A DNA stretch of 64,000 nt from Acidobacteriota bacterium (GTDB lineage Bacteria; Acidobacteriota; UBA6911), in the NCBI GenBank assembly GCA_963664705.1, contig OY761556.1, positions 4,992,001 to 5,056,000 of the forward strand, in the 5' to 3' direction. A program made the translations under genes and the position numbers. This document shows positions 36,354 to 45,151 of this stretch, in pieces (within the stretch, counting starts at the first letter, position 1; each line of letters starts with the position of its first letter). A model generated the notes under the pieces. It worked only from the letters and a program-made list of their open reading frames with translations. It made no database searches and was not told the DNA's origin.

Positions 36354-36434
36354 AACAATTTACATTCTGGCGTTATCTCCCAGATCGCGACTTTCGGGAG
36401 TCTCATCGCCTGACGGCACAGAATTAACGTTGCA

Positions 36435-37022
36435 TTACTCGGTTTGGCATGGACTATTTTCCTGGCGAGTTTCGGATAAGCGTATGACCTTTCCTGCAGT
36501 GCTGATGCTATAGCAAACGGCGAACTCATTGCCCCCAGGAACGTACCGGTCGAAATGGCCGTTTCGCCTGACAATGATTTCGTCTTTGTTAATCCAACGC
36601 AAGCCATTGATGTAGTGATGGCTATTCTTTTCAAAGTGACGGTCTTTAGGAAATTTCTTATCTAGCAGTGCCCCAATATCCAAATGTCGATTTTGCGCAG
36701 GAAAGTATAAGTACGCCGATGCTTCATTGCTGGCGAAGTCGTCATTCAGGAAAAACGCACTACCGGCTGGTGCCCAGCCGATTCGAACTGTGCGCACTAC
36801 ATCCATAAGCAGCTTCTGTTGACGCGTGCTGTTGTTCACCAGCCAGAGCCTTCGGTCGCATTCTGAGTTAGGCTGACAATCATTCATATTGAGCCGAAAG
36901 GATTTGTCAGGTGATACACGGCTGCCATCTCCAATTGGGAAATCGGCAAATGGCGATTGACCGAAAACCCAAGGACAAGAAAGGAACAAAACAATTAGCG
37001 TATAACGAATCAGCTTTAGCAT
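36435..37022 (-). CDS. Secreted hypothetical protein
   Basis: Signal peptide; SPD and WAP beta-propeller-like motifs; GAGGGA RBS. Confidence 0.7.
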   Translation of the reverse strand: MLKLIRYTLIVLFLSCPWVFGQSPFADFPIGDGSRVSPDKSFRLNMNDCQPNSECDRRLWLVNNSTRQQKLLMDVVRTVRIGWAPAGSAFFLNDDFASNEASAYLYFPAQNRHLDIGALLDKKFPKDRHFEKNSHHYINGLRWINKDEIIVRRNGHFDRYVPGGNEFAVCYSISTAGKVIRLSETRQENSPCQTE

Positions 37023-37048
37023 AACGCGTTAATTATCGTCCCTCAATT

Positions 37049-37459
37049 CTACAGCTTCAATGCCAAGGTATCTGAGTAAAGACCGAAAAACGGCACTCGA
37101 TTCAATAGCGGAATTATGCCGCATCTATTGTGATATGAAAAGGATAGACCAATTCGGGCCATAAACGGCATTCCAGGAAATAGCAGTGTCGATACCCCTA
37201 CAAAATGGCATTCATCTCTGGGCCGAATAGTAAATAACTCGAGATGGTGACAAGCGGCGCACTCCAGCCCATAGGCATAATATGGATCTCGGTGGAATCC
37301 ATGACTCCTCATGATGTCATACCTCTTGAATGCCTTGCCTCCGCAATGTGAACAGGTGACTGTTTTGTCCGCCGCCTTGAACGGTTTCGGCTCATCCTTT
37401 TGAGCCCAACTACTAATTGCAGCGCGAACCCCTCGACCAAGAGCTTTGATTGTGCTCAT
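37049..37459 (-). CDS. Zinc-ribbon hypothetical protein
   Basis: CSHCGG and CAACHH pairs; GGGAGGG RBS; C-terminal tail may be a read-through extension. Confidence 0.6.
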   Translation of the reverse strand: MSTIKALGRGVRAAISSWAQKDEPKPFKAADKTVTCSHCGGKAFKRYDIMRSHGFHRDPYYAYGLECAACHHLELFTIRPRDECHFVGVSTLLFPGMPFMARIGLSFSYHNRCGIIPLLNRVPFFGLYSDTLALKL

Positions 37460-37745
37460 CGAGGCAACCCTCCCATGATAACTGCGCCAATCAAACTGAA
37501 AAATATATTCTACATTCTAGAAAGAGAGTTCAGAGGTTATTCCCCTGATACGGCCTTCGAGGAGATCTGACGTGCAGGTAAGCTCATGACGCTTCGCAAC
37601 AATGCAGATCGAGAAGGATGAGCGGCCGATAGCGGGCTGTTTCGAACAGTGCTTTCTGCTCTCCCCTCAGTTGATTGGCACATCCGAGGGTTGTTTTGCA
37701 GAATCCAATTCCTGATCTGTTGTTTGCAGTTTACCTATTGGGGAG

Positions 37746-39098
37746 TTATTTCTCCCATTCAATCGGAAAGAGTTTGGCTGCCTTTTCAGCGCTTATTTCG
37801 AACCCAGCCAGCTGTGCCGCTCTGGAGAGAACGCGATCATTATTAGTAGCAAGATCTTTAGGAGTGGGCAGGAGAACCTCATCGGGAATCACTCCAACAT
37901 GCTCGAGACTCTTGCCGTCGCTCATGGCGATATCCGCATTGGTAATGCTGGCGCCATAAGGAATCACCTTATCTTCAGTGCCCATTTCATGCGTATAAAT
38001 GCTGCTTTGCATGACTGCACCCGAGGATCGATCCCCAAGGACAATGGCTTTCTGGCTCAATTGAAGAATTCTTGCCATCAACTCAGCCGCTGAGCCGGAT
38101 TTGCTGTTGATGAGCACCACAATTTTCCCAGTAAAGAGGCGATCATTATGAGGCTTGATCTTTGCAGTTTCGTTCCCCTTACGCTTGGTCAGATTGAAAG
38201 CAATGGTCTCATTCTCAAAGAAATAGCCTGCTATATCCAGGAGGCAGTCCACTGTGCCGCCGGGATTATCCCTAAGATCGAGTATAAGGGCTTTTTTATC
38301 CTTGGCCTTTTTCATTATGGTGCTGACTTGGCTGCTCTCCAGATCAAAATCCGGCAGTTTCCAAACCATGAATTCTCTAGCTTCTCCTGTTTCCACCCAA
38401 CGATGCCGCTGCAACTGAGCCTCGTTTTCGGCTTTGTGAACTTCGGACCAATAATCACCGTCGCGCGTCAGGTCGAGCACGCGCTTTTCTGTTTGTATAT
38501 CGGACTTAACAATTAACTCTCTGGTTTGACCATCGGGGCTCTTAAGGAGGAACTGAACCTGAGGACGTGGATTGAGCTGATAATTGGAATAGGTCATTTT
38601 CCACAGATTGTCTCGCGTGGGGCGGAATCCGTCAATTTTCAGAACCTCATCACCGGGCCCGACTCCCTGCTTTTCGGCGTCGCCGCCTGGCTTAACGGCG
38701 GTCACATAGCATTTATCACCCACCATGGCTACCTTCCATCCATATTTCACAGTAAGTGGACGGGAAGGGGGCAGGAAAAAGGTATGCGAATCGTCAAATT
38801 CCAGCAGACACTGCGCGACAATTGCCAGAATCTGGCTCAAGCTTGCCGCCTGAGCAATTTTATCTTCCGCTTTCTTGAACTGAGACTCCAGGTCCCGGCC
38901 GCCAAAACCAGGATCGTAGTAATATTTTTTTAGATCACTTTTGATCGTCTTTAGCATCGCGGTGCCGTAGGACCGATTAAATCTGGCATCTTGCGTATAG
39001 GCAGGCTTCAACCCGCCCACCAATACTGAGCTGGTTACCAGTGTCAACAGTAGAAGCTTGCCTGCGTTGCCGATCTGCATGCTATGCGTGTTGCGCAT
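37746..39098 (-). CDS. S41 family peptidase with PDZ domain
   Basis: DSHT, PDZ-like region, LILDLRDNPGG, SGSAAE, LEHVGVIPD. Confidence 0.92.
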   Translation of the reverse strand: MRNTHSMQIGNAGKLLLLTLVTSSVLVGGLKPAYTQDARFNRSYGTAMLKTIKSDLKKYYYDPGFGGRDLESQFKKAEDKIAQAASLSQILAIVAQCLLEFDDSHTFFLPPSRPLTVKYGWKVAMVGDKCYVTAVKPGGDAEKQGVGPGDEVLKIDGFRPTRDNLWKMTYSNYQLNPRPQVQFLLKSPDGQTRELIVKSDIQTEKRVLDLTRDGDYWSEVHKAENEAQLQRHRWVETGEAREFMVWKLPDFDLESSQVSTIMKKAKDKKALILDLRDNPGGTVDCLLDIAGYFFENETIAFNLTKRKGNETAKIKPHNDRLFTGKIVVLINSKSGSAAELMARILQLSQKAIVLGDRSSGAVMQSSIYTHEMGTEDKVIPYGASITNADIAMSDGKSLEHVGVIPDEVLLPTPKDLATNNDRVLSRAAQLAGFEISAEKAAKLFPIEWEK

Positions 39099-39329
39099 AA
39101 GAACGTTCTCTCAAGATTGTATATTCTTAGTTAGGGCAGCTCATTAATGAATTCAGCCGGACGGCTCAGTATTCCATGATTGGGAACATAGCACAACATC
39201 CTCCTATCGGGTTCGCCGGTGAGGAGTCAATCCAGAGATTCTCAAAAAGGGACAGTGTATGTGTAGAGGATACCAACTGCGTACGAGCCATTTGTCGGGC
39301 AGCTTGATCGCAGGCGGACAGCGTGATGC

Positions 39330-39368
39330 AAAAAGGGCTCCTGCACGATTGATCCATACAGGAGCCCC
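39330..39368 (-). terminator. Intrinsic terminator after the TonB receptor
   Basis: Minus strand GGGCTCCTG..CAGGAGCCC followed by TTTTT. Confidence 0.7.
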
Positions 39369-39405
39369 GATGCGCTAATGCGGGAACTGAGCTTGGAACC
39401 TGGAC

Positions 39406-42400
39406 TTAAAAGTCAAATCGTAGCTTGGCCTGGAAGGTTCGAGATCCGACCTTGGAACTTAGATATCCCAGCGGCCGGTATGTGTACGAACCATCCGTGT
39501 AATCATAATAACTTCCCATGGTCGCGGCGGGCGCGCCCGGAACCCGGGTCCGAACCACTCCGGACTGGTATGCACCGGCTGTGGGCTGGGCATGGTTGAA
39601 AATGTTGGCGGCATCGATGCGGATCTGAATGCTTTTGCCTTCGGTCAGCTTGATGGCTTTCGATATTGCCATGTCTGCGCTCCAGATGGGCGGCTGCCTT
39701 AGACTATTCTGAGCGAAGTTGCCGCGTTCTCCAGGGTACGGGTTTATGAAAATGAGTTTGGCGGTATCGCTGGCCAAAGCCACTGCGCGCAAGGTGCACT
39801 GATCCCGCAGTCCCTGAGCAGCCGTCACATTACTGCACTGAGGATCGGCCACGAGAGTATATTTTGGAGCATTTGTCGAGTTATCCCAGAAGTAGCTGCC
39901 GGTAGATGCCCCATTCGGCCATATGACCTCGCCGGAGCTCCGGTCGAAATCTCCAACCTGGTTTGGAACGCCGACAGCATACAACGATGTGTTGGTCGAG
40001 GTAAGGCTGAAGGGCCTGCCGCTTGCGATGTTGCCGATCCAGCTCATCTGCCACCCGCCCAGAATCCTTGAAAGAACGCGGCTGTTGTTGCCAAAAAGCA
40101 TTCGTCCAGGGCCGAATGGCAGCTCAAAAGATCCATTAACTGCCAGCTGATGCGTCCGGTCCATTCCGTTCGGGCCGTAATCCAAGGCTCTTTCCCGGGG
40201 ATCGGTATAAGCCAGGGCGCCGAGGTTTTTGCTCCAGGTGTATGTTGTCTGGATGCTAAATCCGTGCGTCGGCCGAACAGTCAGTTGAGCCTGCATCGAA
40301 TGATAGTTGGAATTGTTCAGGTTGCCAACCCAGGTCGCAGACCCGAACTGAGGGCTGGTATAGATGAAATTCTCGGGAAAGTTGTTATACCGCAGGACGG
40401 TGCCTCTCACATCCGTCCCGACCGGCGGCAATCCATAATTATCCGGATTTGTCGTTACGTAGTTCATGGTTGCCAGCTTACCGGCAAGCGAGACGTAGTT
40501 GCCGTTGGCAAGATCGGCATACGTGCTGCTGTAGGCGCGAAGGTGCATGGCTCCCGTCTGGAGAACGCCATTGTAGGTTGTACCCACCGCACCGTAACCC
40601 CAACCGGCAATATTGATCCCCTTGAACATTTTATCCAGCAGCGCCGATTCTCCGCCGGATCTTGCCGCATCGAAAGCTTCCTTCAATCCGTTATTCCAAA
40701 TATTGGCGGAGTTGATGTTGAAAGAACTCTGCTGCTTTCTTTGCAGAGTCCCGATATAGCGAACGTCCAGGATAATGTTGGACGAAATGTTCCGCGTGAT
40801 TGACAGGTTGAGATTTTGAACGTATGGCGTGCGCAGATTCGGGTCGTAGACCGTGACGGATTGCGACCGCTCGGCCACAGGCAGCACCGAGTTTGCCGCC
40901 GGGGTTTGGATATAGGACGGAATCGGCACGATTGGCAGAAGCTGATTCAGGTTTGAGAGATTGATATACGGCAGTGACGAATTCGGAGTGTAATCTGTCG
41001 TATAGGTGATCATCGGCATCATGAATCCCGCGGTATCGGCTCTTCCTGCGGGAAGATAGCTAAGCTGATATCCGCCACGGAGGACGGTTTTGCCTTTTCC
41101 AAACCAGGGGAGCTGCCAGGCAAATCCGAACACGGGACCGAAGTTGTTGTAGTCATCATTGTAAAGCTGCTGGCCGGGATTCGGAGAATCGGGCCCGATA
41201 AAAGCCAGTTCCGCATCCCTGCCGGCATAGGTGACGGAGCCGTCCGCATTCATAGTTCCGGGCTTCATCCAATTATCGAAACTATTTCCGGACCGTCCGA
41301 ATACCGAGAGCGCTCCTCCTTTTAAACCCGCCGTCAACCCTCCTTTGAGATAGGGAACTCCATACCAGTCATACCGCATCCCCATATTCAGAGTGAAACT
41401 GTCGGTCAATCTCCAGTCGTCCTGCATGAAGAAGCTGATCTGATTTTGCCGATAGTCGGTGACTCTTGTTGCTTCACCTTTGGTAATGTCATTGTAGGAA
41501 GTGGCTGTAGGCGAGTTGATGAAACGGAATTGATCGACATCCGTCACATTTCCAGCCAGAATATTCAGCAGACTGTAGGCGCCTGCAACGACGTTGCCGG
41601 AATAAAGACCGCCGGCTGCACCAGGAAGCGAAGCGGCGAAGGTGTAAGGGCTATGAAACCCGGTATTCGCCGAGTAGCCGCTGAAAACAACTCCCCCTCC
41701 GCGCACGGCCGGGAAGCTGGTCGTTCCATTGGTGAATGCGAGAACTCCGTTGATTTCCTGATAAGATTGAGTTCTCTGCGTCTCCCCGCCCAGCCGTATC
41801 GAGTGTTTACCTTTCGTCCATGTCATGGTGTCAGCATAAGACCAACGCGGATCATGACCGCCCCAGGTTGAACCGAAGTTTCCGCGGCCGCTTCCATAGA
41901 CATTAACGCCGCCGGCAACGGCAAATCCCGGGCTGATCGTGGGATAAGCATAGGATCCGGCTCCCAACCCAATCACGACCGGAATGCCGGAACTCTGGGG
42001 ATAGAGATCCAGCAGGGCATTCTTCAGGGTACCGCCCGTCTCCGGGTTGTTCAAAGGATCCAGGACAAAGGACTGGGTACGCATGAGCCCGATGCGAGCC
42101 TCGTTCAACAAAGTCGGCCCAAGGGTCGAAACGAAATTGAGTGCAAAGCTTTGAGGCTTTCTCTGGATGACGCCGCCGTAGCTATTCCGTTCCATAGTCG
42201 GAAAGGCATCTTCCCCATGGTTTGTCTCATAGCTGTAAGTTCCACTGAGTCGGTGCATGGCATTGAAGTTGTGATCGATGCGGAAGTTGATCTGCTTTCG
42301 GTTCGGCCCTTCTCCAATTCCATAGATGTTGTCACCGCCGTTTAAATGGCGGACCCATCGGTACCCGCCCCAGTTCAGACCATCACCGACCTGGTAATTA

Positions 42401-43689
42401 TTCGCATCCGGGATTAGGTTCATGAACTTCTTCACATAGCCGCTCGCGTCCGGAGTGCGAATCGGATCATAGGCGGTGGAATAGTCCACCCAATCGGATG
42501 TGGGCAGGTTGGTTTTCGAATCAATGGTCACATCCGAGCAGTCGTTGGTCTTCGGCATTTTCAGCAGCTGGCCAAAAACGCTGATCTGGTGAAGGTCCCC
42601 AAGCTCTGTTTTGGGAGACCCGTCCGCATTGACCGTTGCAGCCACTTTGGGATCCCAAACAGATCCTGAGCCGGCGGCGTTGGTCAGAAGGTTGCCGCCC
42701 GAATACCCGTCAAGATAGCGGAAGATTCCTTTGCGCGCGCACTTGGTCGGCACCTGGTAATTAACGTTGTTCTGTCTGATCCGGGAAAACTGATGATCCC
42801 ATGAGGCAAAGAAGAAAGTCTTGTTCCTGATAATCGGTCCACCCAGGCTGAGTGTGTATTCATTTTGGTTTCGCCAGTCCCTGGGATTTCCGGTCTTGTT
42901 GTCGTACCATTCGTTGGAATCCAATTTGGTATTCTGGTTGTTCCATACGATTCCACCATGGTAGGCATTTCCACCCGACCGAGTAACGACCTGTACCTGG
43001 CCGTTGCCTCGCCCCATTTCGGCGTCGACCGGCGCAAGCACCATTTTGAACTCGCCAACCATTTCGGGATTCAGGTAAACGGGGGAATTCAGCCCCGTGG
43101 CATAGCGTGCATCATTGGCAGTAACGCCATCGCGCGTCAGGTTGATCTGCGATGCGTTGACGCCCGCGAACTGTGTATCATCCGCACCGAAGATCGGGTT
43201 CTCAGTCAAAGTGACGCCACCCAAAGTCTTGACGAGGCTCAGCACATTACTGTTGACGATGGGCAGCTCGGATACCTTCTTCTCATTCAGGATCGATCCT
43301 GAAGATGAACTCGTATCCAGCATCAGGTTATCGACCTGAACCGAGACCTCCACCGACTGTTCGAGTTTGCGTATGTCCAGATTGAAGTTCAATCTTACCT
43401 GGGCGTCGTTGCCAAGCTTGACAGTAAAGGACCTTGACTGGAATCCCTTCATCTCCGCAGTCACTTTGTACAGGCCGACCTGCAAACCTGCAAAGGCGTA
43501 AACGCCGGCAGCATTGGTCGTCGCCGTTTTGGAAATACCTGTCTCGGTATTGGTTGCGCTTACAGTAGCGCCGGGCAGCACAGATTGCGATGCATCCATG
43601 ACAGCCCCGGCTAAACTGGCATTCGACTGCCCGTATGCATTGGAAAACAAAAACAGCAATGCCACGGCCAGCACGGTCTTTTTGATCAT
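39406..43689 (-). CDS. Large TonB-dependent receptor with carboxypeptidase regulatory-like domain
   Basis: Signal peptide MIKKTVL, DAEMGRG, FFMQDDWR, C-terminal RTFQAKLRFDF. Confidence 0.92.
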   Translation of the reverse strand: MIKKTVLAVALLFLFSNAYGQSNASLAGAVMDASQSVLPGATVSATNTETGISKTATTNAAGVYAFAGLQVGLYKVTAEMKGFQSRSFTVKLGNDAQVRLNFNLDIRKLEQSVEVSVQVDNLMLDTSSSSGSILNEKKVSELPIVNSNVLSLVKTLGGVTLTENPIFGADDTQFAGVNASQINLTRDGVTANDARYATGLNSPVYLNPEMVGEFKMVLAPVDAEMGRGNGQVQVVTRSGGNAYHGGIVWNNQNTKLDSNEWYDNKTGNPRDWRNQNEYTLSLGGPIIRNKTFFFASWDHQFSRIRQNNVNYQVPTKCARKGIFRYLDGYSGGNLLTNAAGSGSVWDPKVAATVNADGSPKTELGDLHQISVFGQLLKMPKTNDCSDVTIDSKTNLPTSDWVDYSTAYDPIRTPDASGYVKKFMNLIPDANNYQVGDGLNWGGYRWVRHLNGGDNIYGIGEGPNRKQINFRIDHNFNAMHRLSGTYSYETNHGEDAFPTMERNSYGGVIQRKPQSFALNFVSTLGPTLLNEARIGLMRTQSFVLDPLNNPETGGTLKNALLDLYPQSSGIPVVIGLGAGSYAYPTISPGFAVAGGVNVYGSGRGNFGSTWGGHDPRWSYADTMTWTKGKHSIRLGGETQRTQSYQEINGVLAFTNGTTSFPAVRGGGVVFSGYSANTGFHSPYTFAASLPGAAGGLYSGNVVAGAYSLLNILAGNVTDVDQFRFINSPTATSYNDITKGEATRVTDYRQNQISFFMQDDWRLTDSFTLNMGMRYDWYGVPYLKGGLTAGLKGGALSVFGRSGNSFDNWMKPGTMNADGSVTYAGRDAELAFIGPDSPNPGQQLYNDDYNNFGPVFGFAWQLPWFGKGKTVLRGGYQLSYLPAGRADTAGFMMPMITYTTDYTPNSSLPYINLSNLNQLLPIVPIPSYIQTPAANSVLPVAERSQSVTVYDPNLRTPYVQNLNLSITRNISSNIILDVRYIGTLQRKQQSSFNINSANIWNNGLKEAFDAARSGGESALLDKMFKGINIAGWGYGAVGTTYNGVLQTGAMHLRAYSSTYADLANGNYVSLAGKLATMNYVTTNPDNYGLPPVGTDVRGTVLRYNNFPENFIYTSPQFGSATWVGNLNNSNYHSMQAQLTVRPTHGFSIQTTYTWSKNLGALAYTDPRERALDYGPNGMDRTHQLAVNGSFELPFGPGRMLFGNNSRVLSRILGGWQMSWIGNIASGRPFSLTSTNTSLYAVGVPNQVGDFDRSSGEVIWPNGASTGSYFWDNSTNAPKYTLVADPQCSNVTAAQGLRDQCTLRAVALASDTAKLIFINPYPGERGNFAQNSLRQPPIWSADMAISKAIKLTEGKSIQIRIDAANIFNHAQPTAGAYQSGVVRTRVPGAPAATMGSYYDYTDGSYTYRPLGYLSSKVGSRTFQAKLRFDF

Positions 43690-43966
43690 TTGAATCCTCA
43701 CCCTTTTGAACATGGTTGCATTCAGGGAAAAAAACGAACTGCGGGAATTTCCTCTGAGCAAAACACATGTAGGCTAGTTACGGCATGTATTCAATCTTCA
43801 GTGTGGCACCTCGAAAACAGCGGCTTATACAAGCGTGTAATCAGGATGCAAAAAAGGACCATGGCTTTCCGGCATCCAATGGATCCATCACCCCATGCTT
43901 ACCCCGGAGGTCAATGGCGGAACCAAAATGACGGTGTAACCACGATCCATAGGAGCGGGTTCCCCA

Positions 43967-44329
43967 TTATTCAAACACGATTTTTACCGTTTTCCCGTGC
44001 AACAAAATCGCCTTCACAACATCGTTGCCGGAAGCGTCTTTTTTGGAAAAATACGTGTCGTGCTCCGCTTTCTTTTCAAGGGTTTCGATTTTGCCGAGCA
44101 CCTTTGCCGCGATTTGTCCGTTTTTTGTGAATGTAATGGCGGTGGCATTCGCTTCAGATTGCCACTGAATAGTGTAGCTGCCGGCTTTGAGTTCGGTTCC
44201 GCTCACCAGGGCTTTTGTTGTCAGGTTAATTTCCGCCGAACCGCTGTTCAGACCTGCCGCGAAAACAGGTATGGCAAGGGCAAACAAAGCAATTAACATC
44301 AGAAACTTTCGATTCTTTCCTATAAACAT
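43967..44329 (-). CDS. Secreted hypothetical protein
   Basis: GGAGGA RBS; signal peptide; VSGTELKAGSYTIQW motif. Confidence 0.75.
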   Translation of the reverse strand: MFIGKNRKFLMLIALFALAIPVFAAGLNSGSAEINLTTKALVSGTELKAGSYTIQWQSEANATAITFTKNGQIAAKVLGKIETLEKKAEHDTYFSKKDASGNDVVKAILLHGKTVKIVFE

Positions 44330-44481
44330 AAAAGCACTTCCTCCAAAAAAACATCCCAAATTCCCAGTTCACAATCAGTTAGATCTATTCCGAGCTTTCT
44401 CGTTGGTCTTGATTCTTATTCTTCTCAAAGCCCCAAGCAGGCGATGAGAATCGATATCCCAACTGCTCTAAAAACTGGCCC

Positions 44482-44571
44482 GCACCCAGGCTCGGTTGCC
44501 GGAAAACACAGAAGAAGATCGCGCAAGGCTTCGGGGTCCTCTCCAAACAGCCGGCAACCGAGCCTGGGTGC
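44482..44571. repeat. Perfect 21-bp inverted repeat (REP/MITE-like)
   Basis: GCACCCAGGCTCGGTTGCCGG / CCGGCAACCGAGCCTGGGTGC with a 48-nt spacer. Confidence 0.75.
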
Positions 44572-44811
44572 AGCCAACTTGGTTTATGCAGAATTCGTGC
44601 CGAAAATGGCGTCTTCATCTTGATGCCGGTGAATTGATTGATTCCAAACAACCTAAAGTGAGTCTCGATCCGGGAGCTGCGGCCGACAGTTGCACTCTCT
44701 TTCGTCAGGTGCCAATGGCAACTGCCAATTTGGGCAGATTTATGGGCAGTTCCGGGCGGCAATCGCTCGGGAAGAATGCGAAATCATCCGATTACTGCAG
44801 TGCAAGCCGGC

Positions 44812-44827
44812 TGGCATATGGATTGCA
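44812..44827 (+). promoter_or_regulatory. Sigma54 -24/-12 promoter
   Basis: TGGCATATGGATTGCA with exact GG-N10-GC spacing. Confidence 0.75.
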
Positions 44828-44853
44828 GATGGATTAGAGCGAGAGGATCGATA

Positions 44854-45129
44854 GTGCTCCGTCTGGACAAAATAAGAAAGCGCCACCGTCTTTACATTAT
44901 GATCGAAGGGGAGCTTAGGTCGGAAAGTGTGGGGACGGTGGAATCGGCTTGCCTGAGCGCGCTTGCAGGGGATGTTCCGGTCACAGTACTCGTCAAGAAT
45001 GTGACCGAAATCGATGCCGATGGCTATGCTTTCCTGAGACGCCTGGTTGCGACAAAGGCAACAGTCCGCGCCCGGGGCATCTATTCGCAATACGTTTTAA
45101 AACATATCAAGTTGGGTGTTGTTGATTAG
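44854..45129 (+). CDS. Small STAS-like protein
   Basis: GTG start with GAGAGGA RBS; IEGEL..V..IDADG..FLRRL..GIYS pattern. Confidence 0.65.
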   Translation: MLRLDKIRKRHRLYIMIEGELRSESVGTVESACLSALAGDVPVTVLVKNVTEIDADGYAFLRRLVATKATVRARGIYSQYVLKHIKLGVVD

Positions 45130-45151
45130 CTCCTGTAGTATGATGCTCTCC

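Noticed and set aside
43847-43861. Possible sigma54 promoter for the large TonB receptor
   Set aside because: GG-to-GC spacing is 9 nt, not the required 10.
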